DNA from: Octopus sinensis
Taxonomy: Eukaryota
Length of the DNA: 64,000 nucleotides
Direction: 5' to 3'
Assembly: GCF_006345805.1 (NCBI RefSeq)
Contig: NW_021832529.1
Span: forward strand, 1 to 64,000
The translations under genes were made by a program, and so were the position numbers. This document shows positions 50,307-64,000 of the stretch, piece by piece; within the stretch, counting starts at the first letter, position 1, and every line of letters starts with the position of its first letter. The notes below the pieces were generated by a model. That model had not been told where the DNA came from. It worked only from the letters and a program-made list of their open reading frames with translations, and did no database searches.

Positions 50307-52245
50307 GCTTCTTTTCCAGAGCTACTTGATATTACCTTTAAAATGGCAAAACCCGTACACTCGACACTCCATTTTATTACAACTACTGGGCCGCCTGTTT
50401 TTTCGCGCCTACGGCGTCTTGCACCTGACCGTCTTAAAACGGCTAGGGCTGAGTTTGAGCATATGCTCCAGCTTGGTCTGATACGCCCATCCCCCAGTCC
50501 ATGGGCTTCACCCCTTCATTTAGTTCGAAAAGGGGATACAGATTTTCGTCCGGTGGGAGATTATCGGCGTCTAAATTCCGGACAGATATCCAATTAGGAA
50601 TCTCAATGACTTTTCAGCAAATCTCCATGGCTGTACCATTTTTTCTAAGGTTGACCTCATACGTGCTTATCATCAAATACCGGTCAACCCAGACGATGTT
50701 CCTAAAACGGCAATTACCACTCCTTTCGGTTGTTTCGAATTTCTATACATGAGTTTTGGTTTGCGGAACGCCTGTAGTACGCTCCAACGTTTTATAGATG
50801 AAGTTGTTCGTGGACTTGATTTTGTTTTCGCGTATGTCGATGATATTCTCATCGAAAGTGATACACATGAAAATCATCTCCAGCACTTGTCTCAGCTTTT
50901 TCAGCGTCTTCGCGACTATGGTGTTCGCATTAATCCAGACAAGTGTGTTTTTGGGCAATCATCTCTTGATTTTCTCGGTCATTATATTGATTCGAGTAGA
51001 ATCAAACCACTCTCGTCTAAAGTCGATGCAATTCAGCGCATCGCACCACCTTCTTCTTTGCGTCAACTTCGCCATTTTTTGGGTATAGTTAATTTCTATC
51101 GACGCTTCATAAACCGGTGTGCGGACAAGTTGTTTCCTTTAACGCAGATGCTAAAGGGCAATTCTAAAAAGGACGCCCGTCTTACTCTTTCAGCTGAAGC
51201 ACTGTCTGCCTTTGAGTTAGTTAAAAAGGAACTAGCTTCGGTTCCTGTTTTAGCACATCCGGCTCCTGATGCTCCACTTACTTTATCTGTGGACGCATCA
51301 GATTCTGCAGTTGGCGCTGTCTTGCAGCACACCATAGATGGTGAAACTAAACCTTTGGCTTTCTTCTCTTGCCAGCTAATTGGATTTCTAGGTATGGTGT
51401 ACCGTCCAGTTTAACCACAGATCGTGGTCGAGAATTCGAAGCGGTTTTATTTCGTGAGTAATCACGAATCCTGGGGATGCATCATATACGCACCACTAGT
51501 TACCATCCCGCTTCTAATGGGATGGTGGAGCGTTTCCACAGGCAACTTAAGGCCGCGTTGCGTGCCTCGCCGAATCCACAGTCGTGGACTGAATTTCTTC
51601 CTATCGTCCTGCTTGGATGTCGGACTGCGATTAAAACAGATCTTGGTTTTTCTTCTGCCGAGCTCTTGTATGGTACCACACTGGCATTGCCTGGTACGAT
51701 GTTGGTGCCAGACAAGTCACAGTTTCTTAATTTAGAGTCTTATGTTGCTCGACTATGCAGATATTTTTCTGCCCTTCCTCCAATGGGCCCTCGACACCAA
51801 AATCCTCCTTCTAATGTGCCATCAGATCTTGATTCTTGGACGCATGTTTTTGTTCGTGATGATTCTGTCAAAGGACCTCTTGTTTCACCTTATAAAGGAC
51901 CTTTTCGTGTGATTTCCCGAACGCCGAAAGTGTTAAAACTTGACATTAACGGTCGTTCGGAGACCGTCTCCGTAGACCGTCTAAAAAGGGCATATTTTGA
52001 GGTGTCCACATCTTTTGATGACCCCACTTCCACAACCATCGTTGAACCTTCACATGCACCTTTGAGAACACCACCATTCACACATGCACCTTTGACAACA
52101 CCACCATTTACACATGCAACTTTATCAACACCAACATCGTCGTCGCAGCCCGCATCGAACAAACCTTATGTTATGAGGTCAGGCAGAACTGTTCACTGGC
52201 CAAAGAAACTTTCAAAGACGATTTATATTTAACATTCTCAATTGA

Positions 52246-55200
52246 CTATATTGTAGATTTCTATAAGATACAAAGGGAGGCAGATAAAATCTGCCTTTTA
52301 TAATAAGAGATCCCTTGGTTCTGGGCGTGCAAGGCTGAACTTTAACGCTGTAAGATTTTACAATGTTCAACTGCAAACAGAACTGGTCAAAATGGCGTCC
52401 TTAGGGAGCGAAGATAATACGCGTCTGCTTCAATGAAAGGCTTTCTGCTGTCTGCTGACTGCTATGTGTCCCTCTGGACGCTCAGTTGGTCAACGTTTTA
52501 CGCTCCCTTGCCTCTTTGTTAAGGTTCGCATTCCCCTGCCATTCAACTAATGCCACGACAGCAAATCTGTTCTTCCGGTCATCGCGCATGCGCGAGAGGG
52601 CCCTTCCCTTCCGCCTTCGCGTATGCGCGAGAGAGCGTTGGGCGCACGCACCGTTGTATTGATCACTACAAATCTATTTACCACGCTCTGTATTTAGACA
52701 CACACACATTTTCCGTTTTGTTGCTAGGAAACCATTAACTGTTGCAGATAGTGTTCTATTTTTATAAGACATCAGTGCTAGTTGCTGGCCTCTTAAGACG
52801 CCCGACCGCTATTTTAAATACACTCAAGCCTGCTTGCTGCTTAGATAATTTTATCGTCATGTCTGACTATCCTGTGAAAAAAGGACGTGAACCGGGGTAC
52901 ATGAGACACGGTGAGACAATATTATTATTAATAATTATTTGCACATATAATTTGCCATTAATAGCCGACCAGAATGTATCGTGGCTCTCCACTCCGATAT
53001 TCGAAACTTTGAGTACTATAATGACAACCTTTTACTGTTTGTTCTAAATTATAATATACTAGCAGTATCGCCCGGCGTTGCTCGGGTTTGTAAGGGAAAT
53101 AACTATATAAGCATTTTTAGAGAGTTATAGCCAAAAAATAGCAAAAAAAATGCATTAAAAATGGAAAAAAAATTAAGGTAAATTTTTTTTTAAATCGTTG
53201 ACACATCGGAGATGTTTTTAGAGAGTTATTTCCCTTATATAATAGCGAAAAAATGCATTAAAATGGAAAAATATGATGGTAAATTTTTTTTAAATCGTAG
53301 ACTCATCGTAGACGCGCGCTAATACCCAGTAGGGCTCGATATGACTCACGACTATAAGATACCCGGTTTTGGTTACACTGCACCGCAAAATGTGGGAGTA
53401 GTTAGGAATCTAAATCGTAGGAGACAGACACACAACCTTTCTTTTATATATAATATTTTCGTCCTAAAAGACTTTGTATGGATTGAATGGTTACCTCTAT
53501 GGAAATATATACACGCACATTATACATACATGTGTGTATAGATGAATATATAAATACATTTAAATATCTATTTACACTTTTGGGCGAACTTTCTGTTTCT
53601 TAGAGATAACTTTATCCCGTCCGATTCGCTCCAAAATTTACAGGGACATGTAGAATGAGGTGATGATGCTCGTGGGCTACCTTAGAAATCCATATCTTAA
53701 AACGTGTGGTTGCTAGGGGCCATCTTCCTCACTCACCCTATTTCCTCCAGTACCCTGTCACTCCTCTTCATTGACAGGCCACTACGGTTATTTAATGTAA
53801 AGTCTTCCTCAAATCACTCTCTCGCTATTTACTCCTCTCTTCCAAGAACATTTTCACTCACACTTATCTCTTAGCTTCCCATACATTTTACTCATGTATC
53901 TATCAGCGTCATAGACAGAAACAAATATTACATCGCCATCGCATTCTATTGTCTACCTGTCAACACACACACAGTGAATTACTTTCACTTTATTCGTAGC
54001 ACACTGTGTGTGTGCGTATGCGTGTGCTGTAGCCCACACTAAGAAAAGCATTTGACATACACACCACAATGTGTGTTTTCTCTAAATTTTGCTTAATTGG
54101 GGTTGACATTTTAAAAACTGGACCTGGCACGACCCGATGCATTCTACTCTTAAAAATGCTAGGTAAATTGTAATTGAAGAAATCCTATATTGTAGATTTC
54201 TATAAGATACAAAGGGAGGCAGATAAAATCTGCCTTTTATAATAAGAGATCCCTTGGTTCTGGGCGTGCAAGGCTGAACTTTTACGCTGTAAGATTTTAC
54301 AATGTTCAACTGCAAACAGAACTGGTCAAAATGGCGTCCTTAGGGAGCGAAGATAATACGCGTCTGCTTCAATGAAAGGCTTTCTGCTGTCTGCTGACTG
54401 CTATGTCCCTCTGGACGCTCAGTTGGTCAACGTTTTACGCTCCCTTGCCTCTTTGTTAAGGTTCGCCTTCCCCTGCCATTCAACTAATGCCACGACAGCA
54501 AATCTGTTCTTCCGGTCATCCCGCATGCGCGAGAGGGCCCTTCCCTCCGCCTTCGCGTATGCGCGAGAGAGAGCGTTGCGCGCGCGCACCGTTGTATTGA
54601 TCACTACAAATCTATTTACCACGCTCTGTATTTAGACACACACACATTTTCCGTTTTGTTGCTAGGAAACCATTAACTGTTGCAGATAGTGTTCTATTTT
54701 TATAAGACATCAGTGCTAGTTGCTGGCCTCTTAAGACGCCCGACCGCTATTTTAAATACACTCAAGCCTGCTTGCTGCTTAGATAATTTTATCGTCATGT
54801 CTGACTATCCTGTGAAAAAAGGACGTGAACCCGGGGTACATGAGACACGGTGAGACAATATTATTATTAATAATTATTTGCACATATAATTTGCCATTAA
54901 TAGCCGACCAGAATGTATCGTGGCTCTCCACTCCGATATTCGAAACTTTGAGTACTATAATGACAACCTTTTACTGTTTGTTCTAAATTATAATATACTA
55001 GCAGTATCGCCCGGCGTTGCTCGGGTTTGTAAGGGAAATAACTATATAAGCATTTTTAGAGAGTTATAGCCAAAAAATAGCAAAACAATGCATTAAAATG
55101 GAAAAAAAATTAAGGTAAATTTTTTTTAAATCGTTGACACATCGTAGATATTTTTAGAGAGTTGTTTCCCTTATATAATAGCGAAAAAATGCATTAAAAT

Positions 55201-58200
55201 GGAAAAATATGATGGTAAATTTTTTTTAAATCGTAGACTCATCGTAGACGCGCGCTAATACCCAGTAGGGCTCGATATGACTCACGACTATAAGATACCC
55301 GGTTTTGGTTACACTGCACCGCAAAATGTGGGAGTAGTTAGGAATCTAAATCGTAGGAGACAGACACACAACCTTTCTTTTATATATAAATATTTTCGTC
55401 CTAAAAGACTTTGTATGGATTGAATGGTTACCTCTATGGAAATATACACGCACATTATACATACATGTGTGTATAGATGAATATATAAATACATTTAAAT
55501 ATCTATATACACTTTTGGCGAACTTTCTGTTTCTTAGAGATAACTTTATCCCGTCCGATTCGCTCCAAAATTTACAGGGACATGTAGAATGAGGTGACGA
55601 TGCTCGTGGGCTACCTTAGAAATCCCTATCTTAAAAGGTGTGGTTGCTAGGGGCCATCTTCCTCACTCACCCTATTTCCTCCAGTACCCTGTCACTCCTC
55701 TTCATTTGACAGGCCACTACGGTTATTTAATGTAAAGTCTTCCTCAAATCACTCTCTCGCTATTTACTCCTCTCTTCCAAGAACATTTTCACTCACACTT
55801 ATCTCTTAGCTTCCCATACATTTTACTCATGTATCTATCAGCGTCATAGACAGAAACAAATATTACATCGCCATCGCATTCTATTGTCTACCTGTCAACA
55901 CACACACAGTGAATTACTTTCACTTTATTCGTAGCACACTGTGTGTGTGCGTATGCGTGTGCTGTAGCCCACACTAAGAAAAGCATTTGACATACACACC
56001 ACAATGTGAGTTTTCTCTAAATTTTGCTTAATTGGGGTTGACATTTTAAAAACTGGACCTGGCACGACCCGATGCATTCTACTCTTAAAAATGCTAGGTA
56101 AATTGCAATTGAAGAAATCCTATATTGTAGATTTCTATAAGATACAAAGGGAGGCAGATAAAATCTGCCTTATAATAAGAGATCCCTTGGTTCTGGGCGT
56201 GCAAGGCTGAATTTTAACGCTGTAAGATTTTACAATGTTCAACTGCAAACAGAACTGGTCAAAATGGCGTCCTTAGGGAGCGAAGATAATACGCGTCTGC
56301 TTCAATGAAAGGCTTTCTGCTGTCTGCTGACTGCTATGTGTCCCTCTGGACGCTCAGTTGGTCAACGTTTTACGCTCCCTTGCCTCTTTGTTAAGGTTCG
56401 CCTTCCCCTGCCATTCAACTAATGCCACGACAGCAAATCTGTTCTTCCGGTCATCGCGCATGCGCGAGAGGGCCCTTCCCTTCCGCCTTCGCGTATGCGC
56501 GAGAGAGCGTTGCGCGCGCGCACCGTTGTATTGATCACTACAAATCTATTTACCACGCTCTGTATTTAGACACACACACATTTTCCGTTTTGTTGCTAGG
56601 AAACCATTAACTGTTGCAGATAGTGTTCTATTTTTATAAGACATCAGTGCTAGTTGCTGGCCTCTTAAGACGCCCGACCGCTATTTTAAATACACTCAAG
56701 CCTGCTTGCTGCTTAGATAATTTTATCTTCATGTCTGACTATCCTGTGAAAAAAGGACGTGAACCCGGGGTACATGAGACATGGTGAGACAATATTATTA
56801 TAAATTATTTGCACATATAATTTGCCATTAATAGCCGACGAGAATGTATCGTGGCTCTCCACTCCGATATTCCAAACTTTGAGTACTATAATGACAACCT
56901 TTTACTGTTTGTTCTAAATTATAATATACTAGCAGTATCGCCCGGCGTTGCTCGGGTTTGTAAGGGAAATAACTATATAAGCATTTTTAGAGAGTTATAG
57001 CCAAAAAATAGCAAAACAATGCATTAAAAATGGAAAAAAAATTAAGGTAAATTTTTTTTTAAATCGTTGACACATCGTAGATATTTTTAGAGAGTTGTTT
57101 CCCTTATATAATGGCGAAAAAATGCATTAAAATGGAAAAATATGATGGTAAATTTTTTTTAATCGTAGACTCATCGTAGACGCGCGCTAATACCCAGTAG
57201 GGCTCGATATGACTCACGACTATAAGATACCCGGTTTTGGTTACACTGCACCGCAAAATGTGGGAGTAGTTAGGAATCTAAATCGTAGGAGACAGACACA
57301 CAACCTTTCTTTTATATATAAATATTTTCGTCCTAAAAGACTTTGTATGGATTGAATGGTTACCTCTATGGAAATATATACACGCACATTATACATACAT
57401 GTGTGTATAGATGAATATATAAATACATTTTAAATCTATATACACTTTTGGGCGAACTTTCTGTTTCTTAGAGATAACTTTATCCCGTCCGATTCGCTCC
57501 AAAATTTACAGGGACATGTAGAATGAGGTGACGATGCTCGTGGGCTACCTTAGAAATCCCTATCTTAAAAGGTGTGGTTGCTAGGGGCCATCTTCCTCAC
57601 TCACCCTATTTCCTCCAGTACCCTGTCACTCCTCTTCATTTGACAGGCCACTACGGTTATTTAATGTAAAGTCTTCCTCAAATCACTCTCTCGCTATTTA
57701 CTCCTCTCTTCCAAGAACATTTTCACTCACACTTATCTCTTAGCTTCCCATACATTTTACTCATGTATCTATCAGCGTCATAGACAGAAACAAATATTAC
57801 ATCGCCATCGCATTCTATTGTCTACCTGTCAACACACACACAGTGAATTACTTTCACTTTATTCGTAGCACACTGTGTGTGTGCGTATGCGTGTGCTGTA
57901 GCCCACACTAAGAAAAGCATTTGACATACACACCACAATGTGAGTTTTCTCTAAATTTTGCTTAATTGGGGTTGAAATTTTAAAAAGTGGACCTGGTAAG
58001 ACCCGATGCATTCTACTCTTAAAAATGCTAGGTAAATTGTAATTGAAGAAATCCTATATTGTAGATTTCTATAAGATACAAAGGGAGGCAGATAAAATCT
58101 GCCTTTTATAATAAGAGATCCCTTGGTTCTGGGCGTGCAAGGCTGAACTTTAACGCTGTAAGATTTTACAATGTTCAACTGCAAACAGAACTGGTCAAAA

Positions 58201-61200
58201 TGGCGTCCTTAGGGAGCGAAGATAATACGCGTCTGCTTCAATGAAAGGCTTTCTGCTGTCTGCTGACTGCTATGTGTCCCTCTGGACGCTCAGTTGGTCA
58301 ACGTTTTACGCTCCCTTGCCTCCTTGTTAAGGTTCGCATTCCCCTGTCATTCAAGTAATGCCACGACAGCAAATCTGTTCTTCCGGTCATCGCGCATGCG
58401 CGAGAGTGCCCTTCCCTTCCGCCTTCGCGTATGCGAGAGAGAGCGTTGCGCGCGCGCACCGTTGTATTGATCACTACAAATCTATTTACCACGCTCTGTA
58501 TTTAGACACACACACATTTTCCGTTTTGTTGCTAGGAAACCATTAACTGTTGCAGATAGTGTTCTATTTTTATAAGACATCAGTGCTAGTTGCTGGCCTC
58601 TTAAGACGCCCGACCGCTATTTTAAATACACTCAAGCCTGCTTGCTGCTTAGATAATTTTATCGTCATGTCTGACTATCCTGTGAAAAAAGGACGTGAAC
58701 CGGGGTACATGAGACACGGTGAGACAATATTATTATTAATAATTATTTGCACATATAATTTGCCATTAATAGCCGACGAGAATGAATCGTGCTCTCCACT
58801 CCGATATTCGAAACTTTGAGTACTATAATGACAACCTTTTACTGTTTGTTCTAAATTATAATATACTAAGCAGTATCGCCCGGCGTTGCTCGGGTTTGTA
58901 AGGGAAATAACTATATAAGCATTTTCAGAGAGTTATAGCCAAAAAATAGCAAAACAATGCATTAAAAATGGAAAAAAAATTAAGGTAAATTTTTTTTTAA
59001 ATCGTTGACACACGATAGATATTTTTAGAGAGTTACTTCCCTTATATAATAGCGAAAAAATGCATTAAAATGGAAAAATATGATGGTAAATTTGTTTTAG
59101 ATCGTAGACTCATCGTAGACACGCGCTAAAACACAGTAGGGCTCGATATGACTCACGACTATAAGATACCCCGTTTTGGTTACACTGCACCGCAAAATGT
59201 GGGAGTAGTTAGGAATCTAAATCGTAGGAGACAGACACACAAGCTTTCTTTTATATAAAAATTTTCGTCCTAAAAGACTTTGTATGGATTGAATGGTTAC
59301 CTCTATGGAAATATATACACGCACATTATACATACATGTGTGTATAGATGAATATATAATACATTTAAATATCTATATACACTTTTGGGCGAACTTTCTG
59401 TTTCTTAGAGATAACTTTATCCCGTCCGATTCGCTCCAAAATTTACAGGGACATGTAGAATGAGGTGACGATGCTCGTGGGCTACCTTAGAAATCCCTAT
59501 CTTAAAAGGTGTGGTTGCTAGGGGCCATCTTCCTCACTCATCCTATTTCCTCCAGTACCCTGTCACTCTCTTCATTTGACAGGCCACTACGGTTATTTAA
59601 TGTAAAGTCTCCTCAAATCACTCTCTCGCTATTTACTCTCTTCCAAGAACATTTTAACTCACACTTATCTCTTAGCTTCCCATAGATTTTACTCATGTAT
59701 CTATCAGCGTCATAGACAGACAAATATTACATCGCCATCGCATTCTATTGTCTACCTGTCAACACACATACAGTGAATTACTTTCACTTTATTCGTAGCA
59801 CACTGTGTGTGTGCGTATGCGTGTGCTGTAGCCCACACTAAAAGCATTTGACATACACACCACAATGTGAGTTTTCTCTAAATTTTGCTTAATTGGGGTT
59901 GACATTTTAAAAACTGGACTGGCACGACCCGATGCATTCTATTCTTAAAAATGCTGGGTAAATTGTAATTGAAGAAATCCTATATTGTAGATTTCTATAA
60001 GATACAAAGGGAGCAGATAAAATCTGCCTTTTATAATAAGAGATCCCTTGGTTCTGGCGTGCAAGGCTGAACTTTAACGCTGTAAGATTTTACAATGTTC
60101 AACTGCAAACAGAACTGGTCAAAATGGCGTCCTTAGGGAGCGAAGATAATACGCGTCTGCTTCAATGAAAGGCTTTCTGCTGTCTGCTGACTGCTATGTG
60201 TCCCTCTGGACGCTCAGTTGGTCAACGTTTTACGCTCCCTTGCCTCTTTGTTAAGGTTCGCCTTCCCCTGCCATTCAACTAATGCCACGACAGCAAATCT
60301 GTTCTTCCGGTCATCGCGCATGCGCGAGAGGGCCCTTCCCTTCCGCCTTCGCGTATGCGCGAGAGAGCGTTGCGCGCGCGCACCGTTGTATTGATCACTA
60401 CAAATCTATTTACCACGCTCTGTATTTAGACACACACACACATTTTCCGTTTTGTTGCTAGGAAACCATTAACTGTTGCAGATAGTGTTCTATTTTTATA
60501 AGACATCAGTGCTAGTTGCTGGCTCTCTAATAAGACGCCCGACCGCTATTTTAAATACACTCAAGCCTGCTTGCTGCTTAGATAATTTTATCTTCATGTC
60601 TGATTATCCTGAAAAAAGGACGTGAACCCGGGGTACATGAGACACGGTGAGACAATATTATTATTAATAATTATTTGCACATAAATTTGCCATTAATAGC
60701 CGACCAGAATGTATCGTGGCTCTCCACTCCGATATTCGAAACTTTGAGTACTATAATGACAACCTTTTACTGTTTGTTCTAAATTATAATATACTAGCAG
60801 TATCGCCCGGCGTTGCTCGGGTTTGTAAGGGAAATAACTATATAAGCATTTTTAGAGAGTTATAGCCAAAAAATAGCAAAACAATGCATTAAAAATGGAA
60901 AAAAAATTAAGGTAAATTTTTTTTTAAATCGTTGACACATCGTAGATATTTTTAGAGAGTTGTTTCCCTTATATAATAGGGAAAAAATGCATTAAAATGG
61001 AAAAATATGATGGTAAATTTTTTTTAAATCGTAGACTCATCGTAGACGCGCGCTAATACCCAGTAGGGCTCGATATGACTCACGACTATAAGATACCCGG
61101 TTTTGGTTACACTGCACCGCAAAATGTGGGAGTAGTTAGGAATCTAAATCGTAGGAGACAGACACACAACCTTTCTTTTATATATAAATATTTTCGTCCT

Positions 61201-63129
61201 AAAAGACTTTGTATGGATTGAATGGTTACCTCTATGGAAATATATACACGCACATTATACATACATGTGTGTATAGATGAATATATAAATACATTTAAAT
61301 ATCTATATACACTTTTGGGCGAACTTTCTGTTTCTTAGAGATAACTTTATCCCGTCCGATTCGCTCCAAAATTTACAGGGACATGTAGAATGAGGTGATG
61401 ATGCTCGTGGGCTACCTTAGAAATCCCTATCTTAAAAGGTGTGGTTGCTAGGGGCCATCTTCCTCACTCACCCTATTTCCTCCAGTACCCTGTCACTCCT
61501 CTTCATTTGACAGGCCACTACGTTTATTTAATGTAAAGTCTTCCTCAAATAACTCTCTCGCTATTTACTCCTATCTTCCAAGAACATTTTCACTCACACT
61601 TATCTCTTAGCTTCCCATACATTTTACTCATGTATCTATCAGCGTCATAGACAGAAACAAATATTACATCGCCATCGCATTCTATTGTCTACCTGTCAAC
61701 ACACATACAGTGAATTACTTTCACTTTATTCGTAGCACACTGTGTGTGTGCGTATGCGTGTGCTGTAGCCCACACTAAGAAAAGCATTTGACATACACAC
61801 CACAATGTGAGTTTTCTCTAAATTTTGCTTAATTGGGGTTGAAATTTTAAAAACTGGACCTGGCACGACCCGATGCATTCTACTCTTAAAAATGCTAGGT
61901 AAATTGTAATTGAAGAAATCCTATATTGTAGATTTCTATAAGATACAAAGGGAGGCAGATAAAATCTGCCTTTTATAATAAGAGATCCCTTGGTTCTGGG
62001 CGTGCAAGGCTGAACTTTAACGCTGTAAGATTTTACAATGTTCAACTGCAAACAGAACTGGTCAAAATGGCGTCCTTAGGGAGCGAAAATAATACGCGTC
62101 TGCTTCAATGAAAGGCTTTCTGCTGTCTGCTGACTGCTATGTGTCCCTCTGGACGCTCAGTTGGTCAACGTTTTACGCTCCTTTGCCTCTTTGTTAAGGT
62201 TCGCCTTCCCCTGCCATTCAACTAATGCCACGACAGCAAATCTGTTCTTCCGGTCATCGCGCATGCGCGAGAGGGTCTTCCCTTCCGCCTTCGCGTATGC
62301 GCGAGAGAGCGTTGCGCGCTCGCACCGTTGTATTGATCACTACAAATCTATTTACCACGCTCTGTATTTAGACACACACACATTTTCCGTTTTGTTGCTA
62401 GGAAACCATTAACTGTTGCAGATAGTGTTCTATTTTTATAAGACATCAGTGCTAGTTGCTGGCCTCTTAAGACGCCCGACCGCTATTTTAAATACACTCA
62501 AGCCTGCTTGCTGCTTAGATAATTTTATCGTCATGTCTGACTATCCTGTGAAAAAAGGACGTGAACCCGGGGTACATGAGACACGGTGAGACAATATTAT
62601 TATTAATAATTATTTGCACATATAATTTGCCATTAATAGCCGACGAGAATGTATCGTGGCTCTCCACTCCGATATTCGAAACTTTGAGTACTATAATGAC
62701 AACCTTTTACTGTTTGTTCTAAATTATAATATACTAGCAGTATCGCCCGGCGTTGCTCGGGTTTGTAAGGGAAATAACTATATAAGCATTTTTAGAGAGT
62801 TATAGCCAAAAAATAGCAAAACAATGCATTAAAAATGGAAAAAAAATTAAGGTAAATTTTTTTTAAATCGTTGACACATCGTAGATATTTTTAGAGAGTT
62901 ACTTCCCTTATATAATAGCGAAAAAATGCATTAAAATGGAAAAATATGATGGTAAATTTTTTTTAAATCGTAGACTCATCGTAGACGCGCGCTAATATCC
63001 AGAAGGGCTCGATATGACTCATGACTATAAGATACCCGGTTTTGGTTACACTGCACCGCAAAATGTGGGAGTAGTTAGGAATCTAAATCGTAGGAGACAG
63101 ACACACAACTTCAGTTTTATATATAAAGA
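52246..63129. repeat. Tandem array of ~1.935-kb Helitron-composite unit (~5.6 copies)
   Basis: Marker CTAGCAGTATCGCCCGG at 53059, 54998, 56929, 58866 (variant), 60794 and 62734; units nearly identical. Confidence 0.97.
62734..63129 (-). mobile_element. Short non-autonomous Helitron (family B), terminal copy of the array
   Basis: A|TCTTTATATATAAAAC at 63129; CCCGAGCAACGCCGGG hairpin plus CTAG|T at 62734; equivalent copies in each unit (e.g. 53059-53452, 54998-55390). Confidence 0.88.
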
Positions 63130-63499
63130 TATAAGCCACGTAGTTGTATACACATACTTTGTTATATACACATTCTTAAAAGAAAATGTTATTTTGAACA
63201 CAACATTTATAAAGAATAAAATATTTTTTGGTTTTCCTAAACCCTTTCGTTACTATATTTCTGACCAAATTCACCCCTTATGTGTTTCAATTATTTTCTA
63301 ACGTAATCATAAATTTAGTCTGGTTTCATTAAACAACAATAACTTTTTTATTTATCAATATATTAATCTGGTTTTTGGAAGATAATCTAATGAAATGTTC
63401 TCAACCAATTCTATACTATAATTTTTGTCACAAAGTGACTCTAATTGCAGGTAGATACAGGTAAATTCAACAATATATAAAATTATTAAAATTTTGTTC

Positions 63500-63910
63500 A
63501 AACATCGCTATAGAAAATGGGTTATTAGCTAATATTCAGTTGGGTATACCAGAAAATTTTACGATAGAATTTGTTATTCTGGGCAACTTTCTGATACCCA
63601 TAATAATATTTATGGCAAAATAGGCCTTAATTTCATTTAAGGTTGTGGGAAACCACAAACTATCGTTTCTTTCGTTTTGTTTACATTTTAGCGTAACAGT
63701 TCGTTTCTGCCGTAATGATTTCAAATAGGCTTATTCGAAAAAGTAAAAAGAAATAGTCTAAGGCTTTACTCTCCTGGGAAAGTCTGTGGCTTGGTCCAGT
63801 TTCTTCAAAAGAATCACCGAAAGAAACAGTTTTTAAATTTTCACTCCATTCAGGTGCCAATTCATTTTCTTTATCGCTGTCGGATTCACTGTTTTCACTT
63901 TAATCGTTGC
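63500..63910 (-). mobile_element. piggyBac (PGBD-type) transposase N-terminal relic
   Basis: Acidic SESDSDKENE; GP...KALDYFFLLF..LFEIITAETNCYA; WFPTTLNEIKAYFAINIIMGIRKLPRI; stops and frameshifts. Confidence 0.75.
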
Positions 63911-64000
63911 AAACAGAAAGGAGAAATTAGAGTGATAGCGTCAGTGAAACAGTTCGCTCCGTTTGTGTGTGTGTGCGTATGCGTGTGCTGTAGCCCAAAC

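Larger units (their letters stand above)
44665..52232 (+). mobile_element. Older truncated Gypsy element interrupted by a related copy (parts 44665-44963 and 50307-52232)
   Basis: Protease piece LHAIDSSPI..ADIPHPILGADFL continues after the insert as SFPELLDITFK; RT YVDD; internal deletion ~51380-51420 removes RNase H end and integrase start; integrase tail RSGRTVHWPKKL; no LTRs. Confidence 0.88.

Noticed and set aside
52550-63301. Recurrent 60-100 aa ORFs in the tandem array
   Set aside because: They recur only because the unit repeats; they are broken variably between copies and show no protein motifs

Overview
AT-rich, repeat-dense animal genomic DNA, most likely octopus/coleoid cephalopod (inferred from the SINE/LINE landscape). 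Host genes: (1) a + strand, seven-exon 3' portion of an RNase H1-like gene (8842-20468). It keeps the hybrid-binding domain, exon structure and substrate-binding residues, but all four catalytic carboxylate positions are altered (D>A, E>V, D>N, D>E) and the conserved His is lost, so it is a candidate catalytically dead RNA:DNA-hybrid reader. One exon carries a +1 frame discrepancy. (2) The last four exons of COMMD4 (- strand, 26894-32673). (3) The last three exons of MRPL9 (+ strand, 37782-40195). These two half-genes sit back to back with neither 5' half visible, bridged by a near full-length RTE LINE. Mobile DNA: Tc1 and mariner relics, RLE-, L1/Tx1- and RTE-type LINE relics, many SINEs, several Helitrons, a 5.3-kb Gypsy element (432-bp LTRs, tRNA-Trp PBS, GGGAAAC slippery site, GCTT TSD) nested in a relative, a ~5.6-copy tandem array of a ~1.935-kb Helitron-composite unit (52246-63129), and a piggyBac relic at the end. 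No database searches were run; family calls come from recognised motifs.
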